Assembly: GCF_963921235.1 (NCBI RefSeq)
Contig: NC_086098.1
Span: 1,550,001 to 1,614,000 of the forward strand
DNA length: 64,000 bases
Direction: 5' to 3'
DNA from: Mobula hypostoma
Taxonomy: Eukaryota
The notes beneath the pieces were generated by a model, which was given only the letters and a program-made list of their open reading frames with translations, was not told the DNA's origin and ran no database searches. Positions 51,392 through 63,789 of the stretch are shown here, piece after piece; within the stretch, counting starts at the first letter, position 1; the number at the start of each line of letters is the position of its first letter. A program made the translations under genes and the position numbers.

Positions 51392-53108
51392 TCTGTCTTC
51401 ACTAAGGAGGACATAAATAATCTTCCAGAAATAGTAAGGGACAGAGGGTCCAGTGAGATGGAGGAACTGAGCGAAATACATGTTAGTAGGGAAGTGGTGT
51501 TAGGTAAATTGAAGGGATTGAAGGCAGATAAATCCCCAGGGCCAGATGGTCTGCATCCCAGAGTGCTTAAGGAAGTGGCCCAAGAAATAGTGGATGCATT
51601 AGTGATAATTTTTCAAAACTCGTTAGATTCTGGACTAGTTCCTGAGGATTGGAGGGTGGCTAATGTAACCCCACTTTTTAAAAAAGGAGGGAGAGAGAAA
51701 CCGGGGAATTATAGGCCGGTTAGCCTAACGTCGGTGGTGGGGAAACTGCTGGAGTCAGTTATCAAGGATGTGATAACAGCACATTTGGAAAGCAGTGAAA
51801 TGATCGGACAAAGTCAGCATGGATTTGTGAAAGGAAAATCATGTCTGACGAATCTCATAGAATTTTTTGAGGATGTAACTAGTAGAGTGGATAGGGGAGA
51901 ACCAGTGGATGTGGTATATTTGGATTTTCAAAAGGCTTTTGACAAGGTCCCACATAGGAGATTAGTGTGCAAACTTAAAGCACACGGTATTGGGGGTAAG
52001 GTATTGGTGTGGGTGGAGAATTGGTTAGCAGACAGGAAGCAAAGAGTGGGAATAAACGGGACCTTTTCAGAATGGCAGGCGGTGACTAGTGGGGTACCGC
52101 AAGGCTCAGTGCTGGGACCCCAGTTGTTTACAATATATATTAATGACTTGGATGAGGGAATTAAATGCAGCATCTCCAAGTTTGCGGATGACACGAAGCT
52201 GGGTGGCAGTGTTAGCAGTGAGGAGGATGCTAAGAGGATGCAGGGTGACTTGGATAGGTTGGGTGAGTGGGCAAACTCATGGCAGATGCAATTTAATGTG
52301 GATAAATGTGAAGTTATCCACTTTGGTGGCAAAAATAGGAAAACAGATTATTATCTGAATGGTGGCCGATTAGGAAAAGGGGAGGTGCAACGAGACCTGG
52401 GTGTCATTATACACCAGTCATTGAAAGTGGGCATGCAGGTACAGCAGGCGGTGAAAAAGGCGAACGGTATGCTGGCATTTATAGCGAGAGGATTCGAGTA
52501 CAGGAGCAGGGAGGTACTACTGCAGTTGTACAAGGCCTTGGTGAGACCACACCTGGAGTATTGTGTGCAGTTTTGGTCCCCTAATCTGAGGAAAGACATC
52601 TTTGCCATAGAGGGAGTACAAAGAAGGTTCACCAGATTGATTCCTGGGATGGCAGGTCTTTCATATGAAGAAAGACTGGATGAACTGGGCTTGTACTCGT
52701 TGGAATTTAGAAGATTGAGGGGGGATCTGATTGAAACGTATAAGATCCTAAAGGGATTGGACAGGCTAGATGCAGGAAGATTGTTCCCGATGTTGGGGAG
52801 GTCTAGAACGAGGGGTCACAGTTTGAGGATAGAGGGGAAGCCTTTTAGGACCGAGGTTAGGAAAAACTTCTTCACACAGAGAGTGGTGAATCTGTGGAAT
52901 TCTCTGCCACAGCAAACTGTTGAGGCCAGTTCATTAGCTATGTTTAAAAGGAAGTTAGATATGGCCCTTGTGGCTACAGGGGTCAGGGGGTATGGAGGGA
53001 AGGCTGGGTTCTGAGTTGGATGATCAGCCATGATCATAATAAATGGCGGTGCAGGCTCGAAGGGCCGAATGGCCTACTCCTGCACCTATTTTCTATGTTT
53101 CTATGTTT
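51392..53108 (+). mobile_element. Young 5'-truncated CR1 with a complete 3' end
   Basis: Open ORF2 plus the 3' hairpin and (TTCTATGT)n tail. Confidence 0.95.
51458..53014 (+). CDS. CR1 ORF2 C-terminal half (complete RT domain, no endonuclease), 518 aa, no stops or frameshifts
   Basis: Contains KSPGPDG, NYRPVSLTS, QHGF, YLDFQKAFDKVPH, PQGSVLGP and FADD. Confidence 0.8.
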   Translation: MEELSEIHVSREVVLGKLKGLKADKSPGPDGLHPRVLKEVAQEIVDALVIIFQNSLDSGLVPEDWRVANVTPLFKKGGREKPGNYRPVSLTSVVGKLLESVIKDVITAHLESSEMIGQSQHGFVKGKSCLTNLIEFFEDVTSRVDRGEPVDVVYLDFQKAFDKVPHRRLVCKLKAHGIGGKVLVWVENWLADRKQRVGINGTFSEWQAVTSGVPQGSVLGPQLFTIYINDLDEGIKCSISKFADDTKLGGSVSSEEDAKRMQGDLDRLGEWANSWQMQFNVDKCEVIHFGGKNRKTDYYLNGGRLGKGEVQRDLGVIIHQSLKVGMQVQQAVKKANGMLAFIARGFEYRSREVLLQLYKALVRPHLEYCVQFWSPNLRKDIFAIEGVQRRFTRLIPGMAGLSYEERLDELGLYSLEFRRLRGDLIETYKILKGLDRLDAGRLFPMLGRSRTRGHSLRIEGKPFRTEVRKNFFTQRVVNLWNSLPQQTVEASSLAMFKRKLDMALVATGVRGYGGKAGF

Positions 53109-54959
53109 CTAGGACTCCCAAGTCCCTTTGCATCTCTGCATTTTGATTTCTTTCCCCATCTAAATAATAGTCTGCCTGTTTATTTTTTCCACCAAAGTGC
53201 ATGACCATACATTTTCCAACATTGTATTTCATTTGCCACTTCTTTGCCCATTCCCCTAAACCATCTAAGTCTCTCTGCAGGCTCTCTGTTTCCTCAACAC
53301 TACCCGCTCCTCCATCTATCCTTGTATCAACGGCAAATTTAGCCACAAATCCATTAATCCCATAATCCAAATTATTGACATACATCATTAAAAGCAGCGG
53401 TGCCAGCACCAACCCCTGTGGAACTCCACTGGTAACCAGCAGCCAGCCAGAATAGGATCCCTTTATTTCCACTCTCTGTTTTCTGCCACTAAGCCAATGC
53501 TCCACTCATGCTAGTAACTTCCCTGGAATTCTTAGCAGCCTCATGTGCGGCACCTTGTCAAAGGCCTTCTGAAAATCCAAGTACACCACATCTACTACAT
53601 CTCCTTTGTCTACCCTGCTTGTAAATTCCTCAAAAAATCGTAGTAGGTCTGTCAGGCAGGATTTTCCTTTCAGGTAACAATGCTGGCTTTGGCCTATCTT
53701 GTCATGTGCGTCCAGGTACTCCGTAATCCCAACCCTAACAATCGATTCCGACAACTTCCCAACTACTGATGTCAGGCTAACAGGTCTACAGTTTCCTTTC
53801 TGCTGCCTCCCACCCTTCTTAAATAGTGGAGTAACATTTGCAATTTTCCAGTCATCTGCTACAATGCCAGAATCTATTGCTTCTTGAAAGCCATTGTTAA
53901 TGCCTCCGCAATCTTTCCAGTTACTTCCTTCAGAACCCGAGGGTCCATTCATCAGGTCCAAGAGATTTATCCACCCTCAGACCATTAAACTTCCTGAGCA
54001 TCTTCTCAGTCGTTATTATTTCTTCTTAAATTGTATTTGCAGAGTGTGTTGTTGATTGCACGCTGGCCATTTGCCCATCCTGTTGGGTGAGGTCTTTCGT
54101 TGATTCTTTTATGCTTCTTGGATTTTCTGAGTATGCCTGCAAGAAAATGAATCTCAGGTTTGTATATGGTGCCATATATGTAGTTTGAGAATAAGATTAA
54201 TTTGTAATGTGGTCTGAGCAATGCCTCATAAAACCTCGGCATTATTCTCAATGATTTGGCATTTTCTGAATCCCTGTGGCCATCATATAGGCAAAGCAGG
54301 AGTGGATGTCTGAGTTTTACAAAAAAAATGGTAGCACTTCTTACTGAAAAGATCAAGACAACAATTTATGCAATTAAGTTCCACAAGGCTGCTTAAATAA
54401 GAAAGAAGAAATGACAGTTGTGTTATCTTTGCAGAGACACCAGCCAAATAAAGAGACTGTGAATGTGTGAAGATCTGAATGATTTTTGTTTATTGACTGC
54501 AATCAACTCCCTATCCAACAAGGTCACAAGTATCAATGCAATAGCCATGACACACATTTAAATAACAATTGACAGAATGTCCCCGTAGAATTCTTACAAT
54601 GTATAAACCCTTGTTACATGCAATCCTAACCCATAATTATAAAAATTGCTGCGGCAGGAGAAAAGAGGTAGTTTGACGAAAAGGAACAGAGGCGTGTGCC
54701 AAGATTACCTCCTTTAATATTTTAGGTTAGCACATCTACTCGGTACCATTTTTATTCATTCTGTTTACTATTACTTCTGGTTATTTTCCAATTTTTCCCA
54801 AATTTTCCTTTTCTGTGAGGAAGATGGAAGGATATGGATATTATGTAGGCAGACAAGATTAGTTAACCATTTGATTACTAATTTAATTGGTTCGGCACAA
54901 CATTGTGGGCTGAAGGACCTGTTTTTCTGCTGTGCTGTTTGATGTTCTATGTTCTAAAA

Positions 54960-57545
54960 GCCTCCGTAAGATCATAAGATTGTATATACAGCATAAAAAG
55001 AAGTGGTCCCAACACCAACCCCTGCGGAACATCACCAGCCAACCAGAAAAGGATCCTTTTATTCCCTCTCACTGCCTCCTACAAATCAGCCAATCCTCTA
55101 ACCATGCCAGTAACTTTCCGGTAATATCATGGGCTCTTAATTTGGTAAGCAGCCTCGTATGTGGCACCTTGGCAAAGGCCTTCTGAAAGTCCAAATATAC
55201 AACATCCACTGCATCCCCTCTATCTGTCCTACTTGTAGTCTCCTCAAGGAATTACAGCAGGTTCGTCAGGCAGAATTTTCCCTGAAGGAAACCATGCTGA
55301 CTTTTGTATTATCTTGTCCTGTGTCACTAAGTACTCCATCACCTCATCCTTAATAATTGACTCTAACATCTTCTCAACCACTGAGGTCAGGCTAACTGGT
55401 CTATAATTTCCCTTCTGCTGCCTCCGTCCTTCTTAGAGGAGTGACATTTGCAATTTTCCAGTCAGAGGTCAATATGTTTTGAAAGACCTTTATTAATGCC
55501 TTCACAATCTGCAACACTACCTTTTTCAAAACCCTTGAGTGTAGTTCATCTGGTCCAGATGACTTATGTACCCTCAGGTCTTCCTGCTTTTTGAGCACCT
55601 TCTCTCTTGCAACAGTAACTGCACTCACTTCTCTTCCCTCACACTCTTCAAAATCCAACACACTGCTGGTGTCTTCCACAGTCAAGACTGATGTAAAATA
55701 CTCATTTAGTTCATTTGCCATCTCCTTGTCCCCCATTATTATTTCTCCAGCCTTATTTTCTAGCAGTCCTATATCCACTCTCATCTCTCTTTTACTTTTT
55801 ACATACTGAAAATGCTTTTAATATCTACTTTGATGCTAGCTTTCTTTCATATTTCATCTTTTCGCTCCTAATGATTCTTTTAGCTGCTCTCTGTAGTTTT
55901 TTTCAAATCTTCCCTCTACCTTCCAGTGAATTTTTGCTCTGTTGTATGCCCTCTCTTTGGCTTTTACTTTAGCTTTGACTTTCCTTGTCAGCCATGGCTC
56001 TGCTATTTTGCCATTTGAATATTTCCTCATTTTTGGAATCCATCTATCCTGCACATTTCTCACTTTTCCCAGAAACCACACCATTGCTGCTCTGCTGTCA
56101 TCCCTGCCAGCATCTCCTTCCAATTTACTTTGGCCAACTCCTCTCTCATACCACTGTGATTTGCCTTACTCCTCTGAAATACTGATACATCAGACTTTAC
56201 TTTCTCCCTATCAAATTCCAAGTGGAGCTCAATCATATTATGATCACTGGTTCCTAAAGGTTCTTTTACTCTAAGCTCCCAAATTTTCCCAATCGACTTG
56301 CATGTTAAAACCTCCCCTGACTATCAAAACTATCCTTTGTCTTATGGTCTTATCTTGAAAAAAAAATAAAACATTGCCCTTTTGACTCACCTTTTCTATT
56401 TCCTGTTGTAACCTGTGGTCCACCTCCCAGCCAGTCTTGGGAGGCCTGTATATAACTGCCATCAACGTCCTTTTACCCTTGCAGTTTCTTAACTCAGCCC
56501 ACAAGGATTCAGCATCTTCCGATCCTATGTCACATCATCTGACAGATTTGATGCCATTCTTTACCAGCAGAGCCATGCCAACCCCTCTGCCTACCCTCCT
56601 ATCCTTCCAATACAACATGTAAGCTTGGACATTCCGCTCCCAACTACAACCATCCTTCAGCCACAATTCAGTGATGGTCACAACATTGTACCTGATAATC
56701 TGTAATATTGCAATAAGATCATCCACCATATTTCTTATCCCACGAGCATTTAGATACAACACCTTGAGGACTGTATTTGCTGTCCTTTCTGATTCTGCAT
56801 CCCTGATGATTTGATACTCAGCTTGCTGGCTGCAACTAAGTCTCATCAACTGCCTGCCCTTCCTGACAGTCTGACTACATGCTGTCTTTACTTTTTTTAC
56901 CATCTGTCCTTTCCTGATTCCCTTCATTCTGGTTTCCACCCCACTGCTAAGTTAGATTAAACTCTCCCAAACAGCTTGTACAAACCTGCCTGTGAGAATA
57001 TAGGTCTCCCTTGGGTTCAGGTGCAACCCGTCACTTTTGAATTGGTCATACCTCCCCCAGAGGAGATCCCAATCATCCAAAAACCTGAAGCTCTGCCCCC
57101 TGCACCAGCTTCTTAGCCACACATATATCTGCCCAGTCATCATAGCGCGTGGCACAGGCAGCAATCCAGAAATTACTACCCGGGAGGTCCTGCTTCTCAG
57201 TTTTCTACCTAGCTCTCTAAATTCTTCTTTCAGGACCTCATTGCTTTTCCTTCCTATTGTCATTGATATCAATATGTACCAAGTCATCTGGCTACTCTCA
57301 CTAGCTGTCCAAAATGCTGTGGACACGATCCAAGATGACTCTGACTCTGGCACCTGGGAGGCAACATACCATTTGGGTGTCCCTTTCACGTCCACAGAAT
57401 CTCCTGTCTGTTCCTCTGACTATTGAACCCCCTATGACTATCACTCACCCCTTCTCTCTCCTTCCCTTCTGCATCATGGACCCATGCCCCGTGGCAGTAA
57501 CTTGGTTTCCATGGCATTCCCATGGGATGTCATCCTTCACAACCT
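54960..57545 (-). mobile_element. Old CR1: decayed ORF1 esterase part, APE endonuclease and start of RT
   Basis: ORFs 56952-57395 (ELGRKL..DGLHLN), 56535-56939 (YLNARGIRN), 56271-56504 (IYRPP) and 55401-55784. Confidence 0.88.
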
Positions 57546-57844
57546 TACTGTTGAATAATAATTCGATGAACCTCACAAATTTGCATTTCCTTTCCATAAA
57601 TAAAAAGATGTAATGTTACTTTCCCAGCCAGAATTTCTTCCCTGTGTTCAGAATCAGAATCAAGTTTATTATCACTGACAAACACTCAGTGGCCATTTTA
57701 TTAGGTACACCTGTACCCTGCTCATTAATGCAAATATCTAATCAGCCAATATCCCGCAGGAACTCAATGCATAAAAGCATGCAGATATAGTCAAGAGTTT
57801 CAGTTGTTTGAACCAAATGTCAGAATGGTGAAGAAATATGATCT

Positions 57845-57946
57845 ACATAGAAAACATAGACATAGAAAATAGGTGCAGGAGTAGGCCATTCGGCCCTTCG
57901 AGCCTGCACCGCCATTTATTATGATCATGGCTGATCATCCAACTCA
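57845..57946 (-). mobile_element. ~100-bp CR1 3' end, same young subfamily as 47287 and 51392
   Basis: Near-identical to 47287-47390. Confidence 0.9.
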
Positions 57947-58070
57947 GTGACATCTGAGTGACATTGGCCAAGGAATCATTATTGGTGCCAGATAGGGTTT
58001 CATAGTTTAACAGAAAAGTACAGCACAGAAACAGGCCATTCAGCCCATCTATTTCATGCCAAAACCAGTT

Positions 58071-58458
58071 TGAGTGTTCTTTGGAGAGAAGGAGGATGAG
58101 AGGAGACATGATAGAGGTGTACAAGATAATAAGAGGAATAGATAGAGTGGATAGCCAGCGCCTCTTCCCCAGGGCACCACTGCTCAATACAAGAGGACAT
58201 GGCTTTAAGGTAAGGGGTGGGAAGTTCAAGGGGGATATTAGAGGAAGGTTTTTTACTCAGAGAGTGGTTGGTGCATGGAATGCACCGCCTGAGTCAGTGG
58301 TGGAGGCAGATACACTAGTGAAGTTTAAGAGACTACTAGACAGGTATATGGAGGAATTTAAGGTGGAGGTTATATGGGAGGCAGGGTTTGAGGGTTGGCA
58401 CAACATTGTGGGCCAAAGGGCCTGTAATGTGCTGTACTATTCTATGTCCTATGTTCTA
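58071..58458 (+). mobile_element. CR1 3' fragment
   Basis: LERRRMRGDMIEVYKIIRGIDRVD..., near-identical to the reverse complement of 38311-38690. Confidence 0.92.
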
Positions 58459-58974
58459 TTATCTCAGAAACTGTTGATATCCTCTGATTTTCATGCACAG
58501 CAGTCTCTTGAGTTTACAGAGTATAGTGTGAAAAACAAAAAAAATCCAGTGTGTGGCAATTCAATGTGCCCAATACCTTGTTGTTGAGAGCAGTCCGAGG
58601 AGAGTGGCTGACCTGCTGAGTTCCTCCAGCATGTTGTGAGTGGAGAGTGGCCAGACTTGTTCAAGCTGACAGAAAGATGACAGTAGCTCAAATAACCATG
58701 CATTACTACAGTGGTGTGCAAAAGAATATCGAACCAGCCAGGGCCGGATTAAGCTAGTACGGGGCCTGTAGCATATGTTTTAAAGGGGCCCCAAATTTAA
58801 AAAATGCACATAAGTATTAAAACATAAATTATTTACTTGCATAGTAAAGTAATTCAATTTTTACATTTGCTATACAACCAGATACAGAAATACGACAAGT
58901 GTCTGACACTTCAGTAATAGCATTACTTACATGTAGGTATCAATTGCAAATGTCAAAAGTAACGAAACTACAAT

Positions 58975-60604
58975 TTAAAGGTTATATTTTCTAGATTTAG
59001 CATGAGCAAATTTGTTGATGATACTGGAAATGTCTATTTCACGCAGAAGTTCATGTTGAATGCTCATTAGAGTGAGATTGTTCAATCTGTTTTGACCCAT
59101 GGTGCTCCTTAGTTCATTTTTAACCCTTTTCAGTTTTGAAAATGAGCGTTCTCCACTGCAGTTGGTAACCATGAGTGACAAATAGATGCGCAAGGCATTT
59201 TCTACATTTGGAAAACATGACTCCAAAGAATTGTCAGTTATTAAACGGTACAACTGTAACTCTACAAGGTTTTGTTTGGCGCCAATATGAGAAGCAAGAT
59301 CAGTTTTCAACAGTTCAGTAAACTGCATAAATTCTTCATTAAGACTTTTTTCCAGGTCTTCCGGATATGACTTAATAAGACTTGATGACCTCTTTATGAT
59401 CTCTTCAGGTGTAAATGACAGTAACTGATAAAGGAATCCAAAAACACCACTCACCTTTAGATAAGCTTTCTGCCATTTTGACAGGGCAAAAAGCAAGCTG
59501 TCAATAATGGCAAGAAATGTTCGGCGTTTAAACTTCTGAGAGGTCGTTTGAGATTCAACAAGTGGATCAAGAGTGCTGGAACCACTGAAATCATTATACG
59601 CGCGATTTTGCTTGTGTTTTCTTCAAGTTTGCTGTTGATAGTCTTCACATTTAGTCAGATCCTTGGCTTTTTGCTCAATGTCTGAAAAAGTAGACCGCAT
59701 AGCTTGAATATATCCATGCAAGGATTCATAGAGTGCACAAGCTGTGTTCAAGTCTTGGCCAGAAGATTGCAAAGAAGCACTGGTCATTTGAAAATGCTGT
59801 AATACTTGATCCCACAATATGACCAATATTCCTGTTTCCAACTTCATCATGGTTGAAAGTAGTCCACGAGCCTGTTGTCGACACTCTGCCTTTTGATCGT
59901 TGTTATTTGAAGTGTCATCCAAGACTTGTTTATTGCAGAAAAGCTGTGTAAAAGTGCTTTTGTTGCATCTGCACGAGCTGACCACCTGGTATCTGACATT
60001 CTTTTCACAGTGGGCAAATGAGCACCACCATCAGATAATGCAGCAGAAAGGAGTTCCCAGAAAGTAGAAGCAGAAAAAAATGTGGATAGGCTTTCTACAA
60101 ATTGAAAGAAAATTAATGCTTCTTGACAACATTCAGCAGCACATTTTCCAACCAAATTTAGTGAATGTGCAAAACATGGAACGTAATCCGCAAACTCATT
60201 CGGCTCTTTAATTCGTGCTTGTAAGCCACTATACTTGCCACTCATATTGCTGGCATTGTCATAACTTTGACCACGGCATTCTTTTATATCAATGTCATTT
60301 TTCTTTAGAAAGTCATGTAAACTTTGAACAAGCTGTTCAGCTCTATGTCTTTCCATATCCAAAAACTTCACAGATCTTTCAACTGGTCCAGACAGCAAAA
60401 CATAGTGCACAGTCAAAGTCAGCTGGTCCACATTAGATATATCTGGAGTAGAATCCAATGAAACAGAATAATACTTGTATTCTTCACTTCTCTGATAATG
60501 TGATCCAGCATGCTGGATCCAATCAGATTGATGAATTCCTCACATGTTGTTTTAGACAGGTATGATTTATGTCCCCTTCCTTGGTTTGCATGGGCATTGG
60601 GCAT
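58975..60604 (-). pseudogene. hAT transposase pseudogene (catalytic core and C-terminal dimerisation domain), frameshifted
   Basis: Contains SYLSK, DSTPDISNVDQL, RGQSYDNASNMSG, CFAHSLNL, DTRWSAR and FPNV..TNCSGERSFSKLKRVKNELRSTMGQNRLNNL. Confidence 0.9.
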
Positions 60605-60638
60605 TTATACCACGACACAGCAAGGAGCCAACACGCAC

Positions 60639-60641
<3 letters not shown>

Positions 60642-60676
<35 letters not shown>

Positions 60677-60719
60677 ACACACACACACACACACTCACAC
60701 ACTCACACACACACACGCA

Positions 60720-60756
<37 letters not shown>

Positions 60757-60757
60757 G

Positions 60758-60806
<49 letters not shown>

Positions 60807-60931
60807 TCACACACACACACGCACGCATGCGTGCACACACACACACACACACACACACGCGCGCGCGCGCACACACACACACACACTCACACACTCACAC
60901 ACACACACGCACACTCACACACACACACGCA

Positions 60932-60964
<33 letters not shown>

Positions 60965-61009
60965 GCACGCACGCACACACACACACACACACTCACACAC
61001 ACACACGCA

Positions 61010-61046
<37 letters not shown>

Positions 61047-61049
61047 GCT

Positions 61050-61088
<39 letters not shown>

Positions 61089-61101
61089 GCACACACACAC
61101 A

Positions 61102-61165
<64 letters not shown>

Positions 61166-61166
61166 T
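60642..61166. repeat. Compound (CA)n/(CG)n microsatellite, about 525 bp, inside the hAT element
   Basis: Directly visible. The motif CACGCACGCATGCG recurs roughly every 80-110 bp. Confidence 0.98.
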
Positions 61167-63789
61167 ACTGTACCATGCAGCATGCAGCTCCCCCGACATG
61201 AAAACAACAGCATTGCTAGATTGTCATTGTTGTGGTGTGGATGAAATCACAGAGTGTTGTGTTACCGGTAGGTACAAGGCAGTTTCTTTATTCAACAAAA
61301 CAAGGTTACAGCAGGCAGAGATCCCTGGCAGAACAGGTCTAACCGCCTTGTGATTGAGGCTTGATTTTTATTTGCTATACACAAAGGACAGTTCATATTT
61401 ACAAGTATAGACAATTCTTTGAAGTTTTCACATCTTTTGATTAAATTTATTCTACCAGCATCAGTATGCCTAAACTGGCATTCATGGCCTTTAGGAATGC
61501 AAGTTAAAATCCATAATACATTATTTGGTATGTTACGTGCTAACATTGAGGACAATTCATATTCAAGAAGCATAGATATGGTGTCTTCGCAACTACCTGT
61601 AAACTTAGCATTCTTGTCTCAAAGGCACCAGAGATGCATTGTTACAAATGAAACTGGGTTCTCAACTTTTAGGAAATGAATTGTTATGAACTCAATCCAC
61701 AGTACTTGGTCAAAGAACAAAAGACTGATGGCTGAAGTCATTTATTTAAGTGTAAATGAATCGTCTACCCAAAACTTACTCTAACAGTCGGTGAGATGCC
61801 AATTTCACCAGACTGCAGCTTGCAGCATTTAGTGCGGTTGGGGCCCTCGAAAATGCGGGGCCTGTAGCATATGTGACTTTTGCTATTAGGTTAATCCAGC
61901 CCTGGAACCAGCAGAAGATCACAAATATACACTCAATGTGAACTTTATTAGTTACAGGAGGTACTCGATAAAGTGATGTCATGAAATTTGTTGTTTCATG
62001 GCAGCACTACAGTGCAATAAATAAAAAAAGTACTATAAGTTACAACAAGTCATATAAAAAAGGTAAGTGGTGGAAAAAGAGGAAAATAACGAGGAAGTGT
62101 TCATGGACTGTTCAGAAACATGACAGCAGAGGGGAAGAAGCTGTCCACAAAATGTTGAGTGAGTGTCTCCCGGCACTTGTACCTCCTCCCTGATGGTAGC
62201 AATAGGAAGACGGCGTGTTCTGGAAGGTGAAGGTCTTTAATGAAGGATACTGCCTTCTTGAAGAATTGTGTTTTGAAGGTGTCTTCCATGCTGGAAAGGC
62301 TAGTGCCCATGAAGGAGCGGGCTAAGCTTATAACCCTCTACAGCTGTTTTTTTAAATCCTGTGCATTTCTGCTTCTATGCCAGATAGTGATGAATCCAGT
62401 TAGAATTTCTACACATGTAGAAATTTGCAGGAGTCTTTGGTGACACACCAAAGGTTCTCAAAGCCCCAATGAAATATAGCCAATAGGTCCCCCAGCGTTC
62501 ACTGGGCAAAAGACAAATTGCATTGTGTTCAACTGCAGACTGCTGCAATGTTCATGGACTCAGGGACTTGAATTATACTTTTTGTGTGACTGTAGTTCAC
62601 TGATGTCTTATATATGCTCGTTATCTTATATGGGCCATATGTGCCTTGTGCTGTGTACTGTTTGTATGTTATTTTGCACTTTGGCCCTGGAAAAACACTG
62701 TTCCATTTGGCTGTATTCATGTATGATTGAATGACAATTAAACTTGAACTTGAATTAAATACGTGCTAGTATTTATGTATTTATGAACATATCAGATATT
62801 CCATATATGTCCTTTAACCCTCAACTATATTAGCTCTTTAATTTTTTTATTTATATACAATTCATGATCATTATTAGTGTTGTCAGTCATGAGGAAGGTT
62901 GTCTAACCATGTGATTTGGGACAGAATGTTGGCAAATGTTCAAAGTTCAAAGTAAATTTTTTATCAAAGTACTTACATGTCATAGTATGTGAGTCATGGT
63001 AGTCAAAGCTCAAACTGGGCCTGGCACCTGATGATGATGATGAGTTACATGTCACCGTACACAACCCTGAGATTCATTTTCTTGTGGGGTTTCACAGTAA
63101 ATAGAAACAATAGAATCAATAAAAAACACACATGACAGAGGTGGATAAACAACCAAGGTGCATAAGACAGCGAACTGTTTAAGTACAAAAAGAGAATAAT
63201 AAAAAAAAAAGCAATAAATATTGAGAACATAAGTTGTAGAGTCCTTAGATTGTGAAATCAGTTCAGTGTTGAGGTGAGTGAAGTTATCCCCTTTGGTTCA
63301 AACAGCCTGATTGTTGCAGTGTAATACTGTTTTTGAACCTTGTGCATTCATGCACCATCCATCAGCAGGCCATGAAACTCAGGGACTTGGGCTATATTAT
63401 TATTTTTGATATTATATTTGGTACTGTGGTTTGCACTTTGGCCCCAGTGGGGTGCTGTTTTGTTTGGCTGTATTCATGTGTATGGTTGAATGACAATTAA
63501 AGTTGAACAACTCCTGAACCTGGTAGTGGGGACTTCAGGCTCCTGTACCTCCTTCCCGATGGCAGCAGTGAGAAGACAGCAAGGAATTAAATGCAATTTA
63601 ATTCTGGCAAGTACTACTTAGTGTACCTTGTAAAGTCAAACAGAGGAAGGATTGATAATGTATATGGTGAGGTTTTAAAGCATATTGATTAATAGAGGGG
63701 CTTTGAAAATGACAACACATTGAAAGTGAAGCGTAAAGAAGGCATATGATATGCATAGGTCCAGGCAAAGAATATAAAATTCACAATGT

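Larger units (their letters stand above)
50693..54005 (-). mobile_element. Older CR1 (RT through 3' end, TCTTATGG-type tail), split by a younger CR1 at 51392-53108
   Basis: ORFs 53506-53961, 53101-53505 and 50900-51343 are colinear parts of ORF2. The sequence is interrupted right after QRDLGVL. Confidence 0.9.
58739..61904 (-). mobile_element. hAT DNA transposon (Tip100/Zaphod-like, ZMYM1-like transposase), internally deleted
   Basis: 8-bp TSD GAACCAGC at 58731-58738 and 61905-61912. TIRs are CAGGGCCGGATTAAGCTAGTA and CAGGGCTGGATTAACCTAATA. A subterminal direct repeat GGGGCCTGTAGCATATGT lies at both ends. Confidence 0.95.
57683..61974 (+). mobile_element. Tc1-like non-autonomous element, fragmented (57683-57844, 57947-58010, 58459-58738, 61913-61974)
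   Basis: TIR-like CACTCAGTGGCCATTTTATTAGGTACACC. Remnant transposase N-terminus GIIIGAR..RVARLVQADRKMTVAQITMHYYSGVQKNI. Confidence 0.7.
57648..62490 (-). mobile_element. Rex/L2-type LINE 3' fragment, the host of a nested stack (pieces 57648-57680 and 61975-62490)
   Basis: AGAATCAGAATCAAGTTTATTATCACTGACA resumes at ATGTCATGAAATTTGTTGTT, compared with the intact copy at 48264. ORF 62101-62310 reads KAVSFIKDLHLPEHAVFLLLPSGRRY. Confidence 0.75.

Noticed and set aside
51458..53014. Novel or stand-alone reverse transcriptase system (retron/DGR-like)
   Set aside because: It is an ordinary 5'-truncated CR1 ORF2 with the canonical 3' hairpin and tail.
58975..60604. Host ZMYM1 gene
   Set aside because: The sequence is frameshifted and bounded by TIRs and a TSD, so it is a transposon copy.
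60510..61353. His/Thr-rich and Cys/Val-rich ORFs
   Set aside because: These are translations of the (CA)n tract.
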